Below are positions 1-12,389 of a stretch of DNA of 64,000 nucleotides, in pieces. The DNA is from Takakia lepidozioides (lineage: Eukaryota > Plantae > Bryophyta): contig CM060732.1 in assembly GCA_030704615.1 (NCBI GenBank), forward strand, positions 77,934,001 to 77,998,000, read 5' to 3'. The notes under the pieces are model-generated. The model made no database searches. It saw nothing but the letters and a program-made list of their open reading frames with translations, and was not told where the DNA came from. The position numbers and the translations under genes are program-made. Each line of letters begins with the position of its first letter. Position 1 is the stretch's first letter.

Positions 1-48
1 TACCAGTGCATAGGAGGGAAGCGGAGGTTCACGGATGCCAAAACACAA

Positions 49-1445
49 TTGAAAATTGTGAGAAAGAGGGATTTCGATATCATCGCAATGGTGTTCATCA
101 ACACAGTCTGTGACGATGACTCAACTGTTTTCATGCAAAGAAATTACAAGAATATTTTCAATGCGTTCTTCGAACAACAGCTGAGCCCTAATGTATTTGT
201 CTTCTTCTCGACGCAGAGGTCCACTTCTAATCTAGTTTCGTACATAAGGTTTGGCGAGAGGCGACAAGTATATTTTGCTTCAGGGGTTGTATCTTCCTGG
301 AGAGTTCGACAATCCTTACATGAGCCGACCAAAGTCATTTTCAAGGCCACTCATGTGCCTTCATTACGTATTTCCTGCTACAGCTGCACGGATTGAGAAC
401 CACGAGGAGCACCTGCAGGGAGTGCTGATGTTCAGCCCCATTAAACCAGTGATTAAGGCTCCGGACACTGAGCTCATGGAACACGAGAAATATTGTGCCG
501 CTTATGAACACGAATTGCGGGTAAAGTCGAGCGACTACATTGCGTCCTTGTTCTGTGGCGAAGGGATGGCGGCTGTCAATGTTTTTGGAGGCGTAATGTT
601 AACATCGGCTCTCCACGTAAGCAATTCCATTTCCATTTCCAATTCGATTTCCATTTCCATTTCCATTTCTGAAACACATCTTTGGAACCTCGCGCGATCA
701 CGCGTTCATCCTATTTACTCAATGGTTGGCATCTTTTGCAGGTTAGGAACGTCCGAGTCCTTGATATAAACCACAATCTGAAAAAAGAATTCTGCGCGAA
801 TAAGGTTGCCGCTAACTACACACTCCTCCACACGGAGAATAAGGACGGAACCGAGGTTGGTGATGACATATTGGGAGGGCAGGAGACCCACAGGCACAAT
901 GGCGAAGGAAATGACGATGACGATGACGATGACGATGACGGACAAAGAGATCTGAAGACAGAGCAAAACCAAGAAGAAGGTGACGGAAATGCAACGTTGG
1001 ACAAAATGAAGAACTTGAGAGAGGTGAAGAAGACAAGGGCGACTACCAACACGATGATATCGTCATCAATTTCTTGCAAGAGGAGACAGAACAAATTGAG
1101 CAAGGCAGAAATCCACCAGCTGAACAAGCAGGGAGGGTAGTACGCGAAGAAAGCCACCATCCACAGGCCCTGACAAATACCGGTGAAGGAGACAATCCCG
1201 AGACAACTGTGCTGTCTTCCTCCACTGAAGAAGTGGGGGGAAACAATGTAAAGGATAACGCTGATTCTAGAGACGTCTTCGATAAGGAGATTTCAGAAAT
1301 AGACTCAAGGGTGGGATTCAGTCTTGTGGAGGGAGATATGCCATTACGGATGTCACCATATCAAGGTTTAGCCAACGAGTTAGAGACATCGTTGATGGTC
1401 AGGCATCTAGGGCATTGGTCGGCGTTGAAAACTCTGTTGACGTGA
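49..1445 (+). pseudogene. Frameshifted TE-cargo gene segment: degenerate Rossmann/DNA-methyltransferase-like C-terminal region followed by an acidic low-complexity linker
   Basis: Overlapping ORFs 49-396 and 251-769 imply a frameshift. HELRVKSSDYIASLFCGEGMAAVNVFGGVMLTSALH resembles the K/RP..L...LI..FS..GD.VLDPFxGSG..xxAA end of beta-class N6/N4 MTases. Donor CAC|gtaagc ~617, acceptor ttttgcag ~741, then an Asp/Glu-rich exon. Confidence 0.4.
626..670. repeat. (ATTTCC)n microsatellite in intron; (GACGAT)n poly-Asp repeat nearby at ~912-940
   Basis: Directly visible tandem units. Confidence 0.9.
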
Positions 1446-1718
1446 GTATTGCAGATTATGAGCTGTCCTGACACTTGTAAAACTAAATTTACAAACTTGA
1501 TATAACATCAGAATCTTTTACCAATGGAACTAATAACCTATTGCTCTGTGATAGTCTCGTAAATCAATCGAAATTTATACGGAAGTCTAATCACCCGTCA
1601 TCCGGCTTAGAGCAAGTGCCGCCAAAGCTGGTACTTCATTCTCCGCCTTCTGCTTTCCTTTCTGCATTCCATTGCGAAAAACTTCCAATGAATTAATAAT
1701 TATTTCCTAATGGACAGG

Positions 1719-2533
1719 ATGATATGATCTATCCACCACACGACTATTCCCAAGCTGTCAATCCCGCGGATTTCTTTGCTCTTCCAATGGACCATGTCAG
1801 CCTGGATATTACGTCCTGGTTCTGGATGTCGGGTTCCTATGTAAGGTCTCCAGAATGGGCCAAAAACCCCTCTCGCAACGCAGCCTTGTATCTCCGCTGG
1901 AAGATTTAAGTTAGCAATGCGACATGAGATGAGAGACTTCCTCAAATGGGTCGTCAAGAAGTTTTGGGTCATCTTATGGAACACTGGCAAAGAAGAGACT
2001 GTCGTGGATTTCAAATCAGCCTTGTTCGGGAGGAACGCCCACAAGGTCATGCATTACAGTTCCGACCAATGTGTGGAACATAGACTTACTTTCAACATAT
2101 ATTGGCCTACGCTACCTAAGGCCCCAATCTACTTCAAACGACTTTACAACTTGTTCGTAGACCCCGACTCTAAGCCTACAGGTCTAACACCCTGCTTATA
2201 GACGTCGTTAGAAACATGTACAAGTCTTTCCTCAATCCTCTGAGCCTGGTCAATTTCCTACCTAAATACGAAGCACTTGTAGATCCATACAAGGATGATT
2301 TTTTGATGGGTCATTTGAAGCCCCACTTGGAGAAGTTGAGGCATTCAAAAATGGACACTTGGGCCTTCAATGAGCAGAACCCTTTTGGAATACCTAAGGA
2401 TATCTACTTTCAAGATGCTAGAGTGAAATTCACTAATCGCTGGGACTTTCCATGGCTTAAGAACAAGGATAAATGGGATGCACATCTAAAGTACCTAGAG
2501 GCCCTGGAAGTGGAACATGGGATATTAAAGTGA
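1719..2533 (+). pseudogene. Degenerate FCP1/NIF (HAD-superfamily) phosphatase-like domain 1
   Basis: LYLR..., DFLKWVVKKFWVILWNTG, IYFKRL, YKSFLNP, D.FL..HLKPHLEKL match the order of FCP1-like motifs (RP...FL..C...F.V.IWS; F.K.L; DDSPYK...NP). Stops at ~1907 and ~2199 plus frameshifts. Confidence 0.55.
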
Positions 2534-2639
2534 CTAATTTTGAGAATGAATTGGGATTCTGAGGTCATTGAGTTCTTTATATGTTCATGGGATTCTTCTT
2601 TTCTTGATTTACTTAAGTGTCTTTATCACTCCTTCACAG

Positions 2640-3110
2640 ATCCGACAGCCTAGATCTCCACCTGTGAGGGGACCCCGCTTGATAATTTTTGACGTTAATG
2701 GAATGATATGCAAAATAACGAAGCGCCAGAGCCCAGGACCTGCTCCACGTTTTTCGGAATCTGATTATAGCATTCCTGCTATTGTTGGGTATCGGCAAAT
2801 CTTTAGACAGAAGATGTACCGGGAAGTTTGGCAAAAGTTACACAAGCACTTCATTTTAGGTATCTGGAGTTGCATGGTGCTTAAAAACTTAAATGTCATT
2901 CTGGATTTGCTCCTACGTGGTCTTCCACGGCCAGTGTTCATCATGTCGCAGGAGGATTATATCATTTGCCCAAGCAATCTGCACCCAAATTACCGAACGG
3001 GACAAGATCAACCTCATGTGTTCTTGAAATCACTCCTTAAAGTATGGTAGAGTTCTGAAGGTTTTTACAATCAGAGTAACACTCTGCTGATTGATGATAC
3101 AAACTTAGAG
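2640..3110 (+). pseudogene. Degenerate FCP1/NIF (HAD) phosphatase-like domain 2
   Basis: PRLIIFDVNGMICK (HAD motif I, DxN), FILGIWSCM, PVFIMSQED, VFLKSLLKVW*, then NTLLIDDT after the stop at 3048-3050. Acceptor cag at 2637-2639. Confidence 0.7.
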
Positions 3111-4799
3111 ATTTCTTGCTTAGCTGCTTGAAATTTGAGAACGTCTCAAGCTTCTTGAAAGCAAGGAGAATATGATTTTCACCTTTCAAAGTTAACGATC
3201 CACAGTTCAAGCCTCTTCTTGACTATATTGACAATTCACAATATCATGATTTCCGAGTAAATGATAAGTAAATATTCACGTCCTATTGTGGATACAGTTA
3301 CTATTTAAAATGGATTGTGAAGACCATGGAATTTCAGTCTTCTTCTGATATTCTTTTGCTTTGCATGGAAATTGTTATATTGCCAAACCATATGTAACGA
3401 TCAATGGATTCGTTGTTCTTTTATGTCCATCGATTTCTTTTCGGAACCACACGTGGTCACGCGTTCTTCCAACTCAACTTTGTTGACATATATTTCATTT
3501 GCAGGTATGCCCATATCAATATGTTCTTCATGCCACAAATGCATCTCCGATTGGCAAAACAATATCGTCTGATATTGTAGAAATGATCAGGCCAGAAGCT
3601 TTCCAAAGATCTGACAATTTGTTGTCTACTCAGGCATCCATTGCTGTTATAGATAGTGATCACATCAGTGTTTCAGATGTTGTTTCAAGGCTCAAAATGT
3701 CAAAAGGTGAATCCACCGTTAGCAGGGTCGATGATTTAATTGGGGTTGGCTGCATAGTGGAAAGCAACTCTCAATATCTTGGGGAATCCTCTTTGGAGCT
3801 GTCCTTATCCCAACACTTTCTACCAAACGCCGTCACAGGGCATCTACATGAGTCTACCGAACAATTGGTTGCAACTATCGCTGAATTGCCTCCTTATTAT
3901 GTCGTAATTCCAAGCGGGTCACCGGATCACGAGGGCTAGACGCCTCAGCTGCTGAGAAGTCAAGTGATTTAATTCTATTTCATCCATGAGTTTTATTGTT
4001 GCCGTGTTCCTGTTCATCCTCTGATTTTCTCTCTTTACTCCAGGCCAGAAAAGCTGCAACGTATGACCTTCTTGTGAAGTATTCCAAGGTATTTTTATTT
4101 ATTTATTTTTCGTTTGAATTCGGTTCAAGATGTGCAGAAAGAAAGAAACCGAATTCCATTGCCAACCGTCAGCGAAAAGGTTATTGAACTCACTCATTCG
4201 CCGACTGAGGTCAGCACACCGATAAGACCGACAAATATTTCTGCACATCCCCAACCCCCCAGAATTCCAGATGATCCTATGTCAAGGAAATGTCACATAT
4301 CACATCAATCAGCGGTGGTCGTGTCCGACGATGAAAAAACAGCATCTGGCGTTCTGTTATCCCTTCAACATTCATCTGCCTCCAGTGGTAACCCGCCTCA
4401 GAATCGAAGGGTAAATCTAGCCAAGGTAATAAGTATCTCCTTCACTTGGTCCTCTGTCTTATTGGTTATGGCTTCCTAGTAATCATTACATATTTCATTT
4501 ACATTGTCGACACAACTTTACACAAAATAACCTCGCGCGATCGTGCGTGGTTGCAGGAAACTCAGAGACTCCCGATTGTACTTTTTTGTCTCAAGTCTCA
4601 ATTGGGTGTCGTAATGCTGAAAATATTACCTTCGCATAATATTGCATTTGAAAAACAGGGTATAGAAACTAGATAAACCACAAAATGCAAGTATGTCGTG
4701 GTATTTTTTGAGTTGCAAAATGTATTGAAAATACCTAATTTTTGGGTCAGATAACAGAAACTAATGGGCTCTTTTGGATGGTTCAGAACGTTGTTACTC

Positions 4800-4889
4800 A
4801 AGAACTGTGTGGTGTCCGGAAACACAAACGAATGTTGTTGGTACTGAGTGTCAATGGACTTATTTGCTACAGGCCACCTCCTACCGAAG
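4800..4889 (+). pseudogene. Third FCP1/NIF-like motif-I exon fragment
   Basis: KHKRMLLVLSVNGLICYRPPPTE followed by donor gtgagt at 4890. Confidence 0.4.
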
Positions 4890-5999
4890 GTGAGTTGTTT
4901 AAACAAAGGTTCCACTTGAGGAAAGTAATTTTAGTTGACATTGTATAATGTGAACTAATGTCTTCCGAAACACTTTACAGTTTTGAGTATGCACTCAGAC
5001 ATATCCTCATATGTGTCATCTAATCATCTGGGTATCAATGGTGTTGTTGTTGGTCGCTAGAATACAAGTACCAACCAAATGAAGCACGCGCGTGCTTCTT
5101 CAGGGCATTCTTTCGCATCTCATCTTCAATTTTTCATCCAATGCAGTAAACTACGGAGTCAAATTAGCGCGATTGTGCAAGGTTCAATAATTGCATAATC
5201 CTTAAAATTGAAAACACTTAGTTTATTGTCCTACTAATGAATGATTTCTTCAACCCAGTTTGGTATTAGCTACTGTTCGTTCGTGCTCCTGTAGGTGACA
5301 ACTTGTACTGAATGAAGCACACGCGATCGCGCGTGTTTCTTCACACCATTCCCTTGCTGAAAGTGCTTACTGGCCTCGCTCCAAGTCTAAACCATGTTCG
5401 CAATACTATCACTAAAATAAACACGGGCGATCGCGCGAGGTTTCTCTACGGCTTACGGAATCACTAGGAATCCCTATTTCGGAGGCACGTAATGCAGATC
5501 ATGGAAATAATGTGCATAACCGAATCTAAAGCCTACACCATAGGCTGCAAAACCTAAACAGTTGCCAGCTGTACCTACGAACCCTATGAAATCGGAATCT
5601 CTCATGTCTCGAATCCGGAGTCGTTACTCAAGGAAAACGTACATATCCCGAAATCTTCCACAATTCCCAATCCTTCTATCGACCATCCTATCTCTTTAAC
5701 CTTGGAATCAATCCAAAAATCAAAACAAGTAATCAAAACAATCAAAACAATCAATCATTCGCTCAAATAAGCAAACAATCAAGCAAACAATCAATCAAGC
5801 ATGCAACTTCTACCTTCATGCAATCTCTGTAGCCCACAGAAGAATCCCTCACTGCATGCACGAAGAAGACGGGAATTTTTTTTTACCTGCTTGATGCCGT
5901 TTCAGGCAAGGATCCTCCCTGCAGGGCTGGATGAGCTCTCTCGCTCGGGTGCACACAACAGCTTCCGGGATAGCGTACTCTTTTGTTTTGCCTTCCTTT

Positions 6000-6230
6000 C
6001 ACTCTGTCACACTCCCCCGCACACGGTGAATTGCTCAAACCCACACTCACTCCAACTCACGCTCCCTCGATCTCTCACTCTCTCGCTTCCTCGATCTCCA
6101 CCTCTCTGCCTCCCTTGCTCAGTTGTTCTCTCTCGCACCTCTTCCTTGAGTCCAAAATTGAACAGGGCTTCCGCGTGTATCAAATGAATGTAAAAGGAGA
6201 CTCCTTTCGGTCACTCCTCCTTATATGCCT
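6000..6230 (-). promoter_or_regulatory. Possible left-facing promoter/5'UTR of an element-encoded gene
   Basis: Minus-strand ATATAAGGAG at ~6217-6226 followed by a long GA-rich tract. A divergent plus-strand TATAAA lies at ~7491 upstream of the transposase gene. Confidence 0.3.
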
Positions 6231-7849
6231 TACCACCTGTGATCTCAACTGTCGGCGTTATGTCGCATCCGACGGTTTGTGGCCTCGATGCATGGATGAA
6301 TGAAAGGCGAGATGTTTCCCAATGGTTCGCTGAGGACCCCTAAATTTATGCAGGTACAATCAATGATGCGACATGACTGTCAGTAATGAATGGACTCCAC
6401 TAGTTTGTCCAGAGCGTTACGACGCCTTCATAAAGTGAACACCCTGAATTATTGCGGGTTCCCGTGACGGCACTCATCCATGAGGGGGGTTAAATCATCC
6501 ACTAGGGCAGTCATCTCATCCAGTATATGTCTATTTCATCCGCAAAGGCTCTTATTTCATCCAATGATAAAATATTATTCATAGGTTCAATAATGAGGTG
6601 TCGGGACGTGCATCTGGGATTTGATCGGTCACACGTTTTCTCTACCTACACCTCATCTACGGCCCCACGTTCATTGCGGCTACTTAATGTCACCTTCCCA
6701 CGCCGGCTCATCACAATGGCCTTAAGAGGCGGCCACTTTCATCGCCAACTATTCCTTCTCTTGTATCATTAATTCAACATTGGATTTGCTGCTTCTCTGG
6801 TGCTTTGGATGTCAGATTCCAGATCTCGACTCAGTTAGTTATTCGCATCGGCCGCAATAACTTATGGACCCATTAATGTTCGGAGGATTTCAGACTCCTA
6901 CTTGAATTTATGCTCTGGAGGACACATAATATCCACTAGATTACACGAAAGAGCATATCCAGGGCGACAATTTGTCGATCCATGACACTCCAAACGCACA
7001 TATGTAATGTGAACACGTCGACCTTATACTGTTTGACAATCCATATAAGAGCCTGCCCTGTGCACGCATGCCATTTTTTCCCTCTCAGTTGCTCCGGCTT
7101 GCTGATCTTCAGGACTGTCTGTTTTACGTTCATTCTTCCCTTTGTACTCCTGTCAATATTGAGAGCCTCTCCACTTTATCTGGGTTTCTCTTCTGTCTCT
7201 CTGCTCCTCTGTTCCCATCCACTGTCTGCAAAGATCTTACATACACACCCGACCATTTTATGTACTTCGAATGATCACTCGCACTACAGCTGTTTCGTTC
7301 ATCCATGTTTTCATTTATTCATCCATTTTCTTACTTGTCATCCGAAACTCGCCTACCATTATTCATCCGTCCGTCATTTCATCCATCTAAACCATGCGCG
7401 AACGCCCGTCGATGTGTTTCTATTTCTGTTATGGAGTCGTAGACAATGTTGTGCATTCGGGTCGTAGCTTTTGCAGATCCTTTAATTTTCTATAAATTTC
7501 TGTTTCGACCAATAGAGACCTACGTTCTACATTCTAGTACATAATCCGAGAGTCCGAGTTCTATTTTCAATTTCCAAATCATTATAACCCTAAACGCGGG
7601 CGATCCCCCGAGGTTTATTTTCATCTTCATCCTCAGTTTTTCTAAACAAACTTCAGTAACTTATTGTTTCACTCTTTCTTAGTGTCCATCGATATGGTGC
7701 CAAATCATTAATCACCAGAATCTCTACTGTAGGATACACGCGCGATCGCGCGAGGTTTGTGGAAATGTCGTTGTTCCAAACTGGTCAACAAGTTTTCCTC
7801 ATTCTTCAAGGTTCGAACTCTATCGTCGCAACAGCAGAATATCTCAACG

Positions 7850-8576
7850 TGTCGCGGCCCTTTGCCTTGAGGGCAGGGGGTCGGAACACATGAGGGGCTG
7901 CCCCTGTGGTGGGGGCAGCGGCAGCGATAGGTATGGGGGGCTGAAGCACCCTTGAGTGCCCAAGGCACTCAGGGAAGCGGAGGCGCTCACTAGGTGGAGC
8001 CCCGCACACCGGGTTGCGGTGGGGGTGGCTCCACAAGGGGTGGTGGTAGCTTAGCGGGACCTAGTGGGGGTGACATAGGACTCACCATGGGGGCGGAGAC
8101 CTCGTGGTGGGAGTCGTGGGGAGTCTTGGGACTCATCACGGTCCATAGGGGCCGTGGTGAGTGGGCCATGACTCACCGCGACTCATCACCGGGAGTGGAG
8201 GGTTTTTCGTGGTGGTTCGCCATAAAATGACATGGCTGGTTGTGAAACCCCCGCAGACAGCTACAGAAGTATATATAGGGAGTAGTAACCCCGAGAACGG
8301 TGCAAGCCCGTTGGTGACCAAAAACTAGTGAGTAAGCGAGCGAGCCGGAAAGCGACCAAAGAGTGGGGAGCTGTTCCGGACTGCCATCTACCAAAGGGAA
8401 TTCCACTAGGCCCAAATAGGTGGAGGGTTTAGTGGGGGAGCGAAGGGGGACCGTTATGTCCCGGTGAGTAGTCGAAGCTCCAAGTTGGCCCGGCGGCCAG
8501 GTTGGGAGTCAGGCGCGTGCATCAAAGCGAGTAACTATGACTTGAAGGGGAGTTTATCGAAGTGAGGTGCGCGACA
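7850..8576 (+). repeat. 5' LTR (727 bp)
   Basis: Direct repeat of 13285-13979; TG...CA ends with 7-bp inverted repeat; TATATATAG at ~8270. Confidence 0.97.
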
Positions 8577-8578
8577 CT

Positions 8579-8590
8579 TGGTATCAGAGC
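8579..8590 (+). promoter_or_regulatory. Primer binding site complementary to initiator tRNA-Met 3' end
   Basis: TGGTATCAGAGC two bases after the 5' LTR. Confidence 0.95.
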
Positions 8591-8631
8591 TTAGAGTTTA
8601 GTACGCGATCGTCCTTGGGATTGGCCTCATC

Positions 8632-9768
8632 ATGGGGTCGGGCAAGCCAAAGCGAAAGCGGAACGGCCCAAAAGATGATGATCCTGGTGAGCCCGATGGG
8701 GGCGACGTGTCACTGAGGCGGCCGTTTGAGGGAGCGATGCACGTTTCCGAAAATGAGGCCGCTCAAGAGCGGGAGGAATCCGAGGAGTCGGAGCCCAAGG
8801 AATCCGTGAGAGCTCCGACCGACCAAGAGATGCCTCCCATGCCGGCAGCCTTTTGGGAAGGGTTGTTGGCGCAGTTTGGCGGGACGTTGAAAGACGTGTT
8901 GAAGGCGGCTAATGCCACTTCCGCTAAGGCCAAGTTTAAGGTGAAGCCTAAGGAACCCGGCACCTTCGAGGGCGTCCGAAATCGGAAGGCACTCAACACC
9001 TGGCTCTTGGACCTAGAGCAGTACTTTCGGGCGGCCAAGTTGAGTGACGAGGATCGGGTGGAAGTGGCTCCCACCTATTTGAGGGGCTATGCTCAACAAT
9101 GGTGGCAAAAACGCCTTCACGACCGAGGTCCAAGCCCGGAAACCTTGAACTGGAGTGAGTTCAAGGAATTGATGAAGAGACAGTTTGTGCCCCTCAACGC
9201 GTCCTGGCTTGCCCGGGACAAGATGAGGAATTTGAAGCAAACAGATGACATTCGGGGGTATGTCCAGGCTTTCAATGTGCTGTTGCTCGAAGTCGCGGAC
9301 ATGGCAGAACCAGAAATGGTCTTCAACTTTGTGGCGGGACTGGCCCCATGGGCCAGGCGGAAGTTGGAGGAGAAGCCACCCAAGACTTTGAACGAGGCTA
9401 TTGAGAGGGCTGAATGTTTCTCAGATGTCCCTAGGGGTGAAAGACAAGGCCGTACGGAGCTGAACCACAAGAAGATTCGGCGGGAAGGTGACTCTTTCCG
9501 ACCGGAAAAGAAGTGGGATAGGCCACGCGGCGAAAATGGCACGTGGAAATCGAAGGGAGGGCCTTCACACGTCAAGGCGGCACCCGGAGCTTCGAAAGGA
9601 AAAGCGGGTAGAACGGCTTATGGCGGACAGAAGGCGACCTTTGATGGAGTGTGTTTCAATTGCGGGGAGCCCGGGCACATGGCCAAGAAGTGCACGAAGC
9701 CCCGGCAATTGAACATGAAACTGGCGCATTGCGTAAAGGGAGTCACTTATTGTTCGTGGATGGGATAA
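8632..9768 (+). CDS. gag: Retrotransposon Gag with CCHC zinc knuckle
   Basis: [10 protein letters not shown]...[17 protein letters not shown], and [14 protein letters not shown]. Confidence 0.92.
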   Translation: MGSGKPKRKRNGPKDDDPGEPDGGDVSLRRPFEGAMHVSENEAAQEREESEESEPKESVRAPTDQEMPPMPAAFWEGLLAQFGGTLKDVLKAANATSAKAKFKVKPKEPGTFEGVRNRKALNTWLLDLEQYFRAAKLSDEDRVEVAPTYLRGYAQQWWQKRLHDRGPSPETLNWSEFKELMKRQFVPLNASWLARDKMRNLKQTDDIRGYVQAFNVLLLEVADMAEPEMVFNFVAGLAPWARRKLEEKPPKTLNEAIERAECFSDVPRGERQGRTELNHKKIRREGDSFRPEKKWDRPRGENGTWKSKGGPSHVKAAPGASKGKAGRTAYGGQKATFDGVCFNCGEPGHMAKKCTKPRQLNMKLAHCVKGVTYCSWMG

Positions 9769-12389
9769 TATCTGGAACTAACGTGTCATTGTTGGTGGAC
9801 ACAGGAGCGTCGCACTCCTTCATGACACCGGCAACGGCACAAAAGTTGGGACTCCCGACAACTGACGTAGGGGCCTCTATTGAGGTGCGTTCTGCAAAAG
9901 GACTCTTTGATCGGTTGGCAGGGGCAAAGTATTTCAGCCGGATCGACTTGCGCTCCGGCTATCATCAAATTCGGGTGGCGGAAGGAGATGAGGAGAAGAC
10001 CGCGTGCAGGACAAGGTATGGTTCATATGAGTTCTTGGTGATGCCTTTTGGGCTCACCAATGCACCAGCGACATTTAGCATGCTGATGAATGGCCTTTTC
10101 CAGGAGTGGTTGGATGACTTTGTGATCGTGTACATCGACGACATCTTGGTGTACTCGAAAACAAAGGAGGAGCACCTAGAGCACCTGAAAAGGGTGTTCC
10201 GAAAATTGCGAGAAGGGAAGCTGTATGCCAAAGCTTCAAAGTGCGAATTCGGGGTCACGAAAGTGGAGTTCCTGGGGCACGTGATTACACAGGATGGGAT
10301 CAAAATGGATGACAGAAAGGTGAGGGCGATCTTGGACTGGGAGCCTCCGACTTCGGTCCCGGGAGTGCGATCCTTCCTAGGACTCGCCTCCTATTACCGG
10401 AAGTATGTGAGAAATTTCGCCAAGATTACGGGGCCGTTGTCAAACCTTCTGTGTAAATCCAAAGTCTGGGTATGGAACACCTTTTGTGGCCAAGCTTTTG
10501 CTGAATTGAAGCAGCGGATGGCGGAAGCTCCAGTCTTGAAAATCCCGGAGTTCGATCGTCCGTTCGAGATACATACAGATGCGTCGGACTTCGCGATTGG
10601 GGGTGTACTTATGCAAGATGGACGTCCAGTGGCTTACGAAAGTAAGAAACTGAATGAAGTGGAGCGACGGTGGCCGACGCACGAGAAAGAGATGAAGGCG
10701 GTGGTGCATTGCCTTGAGCTTTGGCGCCACTATGTTGGTTCCAACCCGGTGAAGGTGATCACAGACAATGTCACGGTGAAGTATTTTGCCACGCAGCCCA
10801 AGTTGTCCCCAAAATAACTTAGGTGGCAAGATACTTTGGCGATGTTCGACGTGGATATCCAGTACAAACCGGGACGAGACAACGTGGTGGCCGATGCTTT
10901 AAGTAGAAAGCAGCAGCTCTTGTTGGTGTACAAGGGCGAAACAGCGCTCCAAAGGAAGATCCGGAAGGCTTCCCGGAAGGATGAGCTGGCGAAGTCCGTG
11001 ATGCAGGACTTGAGGATGGGGGTTAAATCGCAGTTCCACTTGCAAAATGGGTTGCTCCGGTATAAGCAAAAGCGTCTCTACGTGCCGAAGGGAGGGATCA
11101 AAGATAGCCTCTTGAGAGAATGCCATGATAGCCCGCTTGCGGGCCACGGCGGAGCCAAGCGCACTGCGGCACTCCTGAAGAAAGAGTATTTCTGGCCCAA
11201 ACTGAGGGAGGAGGCAGAGAAGACATGCACCACATGCCAACAAAACCAGAGCAAGTACAAAAAGCAAGCGGGGCTGTTACAACCCTTGCCGATTCCAGAG
11301 GGGACTTGGGAAAGCGTCTCGATGGATTTCATGACTGCTATGCCGCTGTCAAAAGGATTCGATGCAATCATGGTGGTGGTGGATAGGTTCAGTAAAATGG
11401 GCCATTTCATCCCCACCAAGGAGACGGCAACGGCGCAGGAGACAGGGCGACTTTACTTCACCCACGTCTTAAAGCATCATGGAGTCCCGAAGGATATTGT
11501 CTCGGACCGCGACCCAAAGTTTACGAGTAAATTTTGGAGGGCACTTTGGAAGAAGATGGGGACGAGGCTGAAGATGAGCACCGCCTTCCGACCTACGACC
11601 GACGGCCAAACAGAAAGAGTGAATTCCGTAGTGAAGCAGATCTTGCGGAATTACGTGTCGGCAGACCAAACAGACTGGGTGGAACACTTAGACGCGGCAG
11701 AGTTCTGTTATAATAACACAGAACACTCCGCAACGGGAGTTTCCCCTTTCGTATTGGTCTATGGAAAAGCACCTCTGGTGCCGACAAGTTGGGCCGCCCA
11801 GGACGTTGAGGAACCGACAGTAGCGGCTGTACTGGAAGAACGCGAGCGTTTGTTGAAGCTCGCAAAGTACAACATTGCCAAAGCTAGGAAACGGTATGAA
11901 AGGCAGACGAATCGGAAGCGGAGGGAAGTGAAGTTTGAGGCAGGCACAGAGGTCTGGTTGAACATCAAGAATTTCCGACTACCTCCGGAAGTCAGTCCGA
12001 AGTTCGTACCTCCGTATGCGGGACCCTTTCGCATTCGGAAGGTTATGAATGAGGATGTGTATGAATTGGAGCTGCCGGCAAACAGCAAGGTGCACCCAGT
12101 ATTCCATGTCTCCCTTTTGAAGCCTTACTTCAAAGATGAAGCGCGTCCGAATCGGCTTCAAGTGTTGCGTCCGCCACCTATGCTGTTGGATCATGAAAAT
12201 GAACCCGAGTACGAGGTGGAGGCAATACTTAAGTCAAGGAGGTTCAAGAACCGAGAAACGGAGTATCTCGTCAAATGGAAGGGCTATAATCAGGTGGAGG
12301 CATCTTGGGTGCGTGCCTCAGAAATGGGAAACGCATCCGAGGCGGTTGCAGCTTTCAAAGGGCGATCTCAAAAGCGAAAGAAGCGTTGA
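9651..12389 (+). pseudogene. pol: Pol (protease, RT, RNase H, integrase, chromodomain), inactivated
   Basis: [54 protein letters not shown], and chromodomain YEVEAIL...EYLVKWKGY. In-frame deletion of the PR C-terminus and RT N-terminus at ~9900; TAA at 10815-10817 (likely CAA). Confidence 0.95.

Larger units (their letters stand above)
1..5064 (+). mobile_element. Distal arm of a putative giant transposon (copy 1; starts left of window), ending in sub-terminal repeat GTCGCTAGAATA
   Basis: Decayed spliced ORFs (MTase-like, FCP1/NIF-like). Family motif AACCTCGCGCGATC at 686-699 and 4529-4542. 12-mer GTCGCTAGAATA at 5053-5064 is identical to the outer arm of the terminal hairpin at 19031-19042. 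Motif polarity flips across this point. Confidence 0.5.

Noticed and set aside
5801-6303. ORFs 5801-6187 and 5983-6303 as genes
   Set aside because: CT-rich low-complexity tract with no domain signal; likely UTR or promoter DNA.
9651-9768. Programmed -1 gag/pol frameshift
   Set aside because: No canonical X-XXY-YYZ slippery heptamer seen in the overlap. The element has other lesions and related plant chromoviruses usually have one ORF, so a mutational indel is at least as likely.
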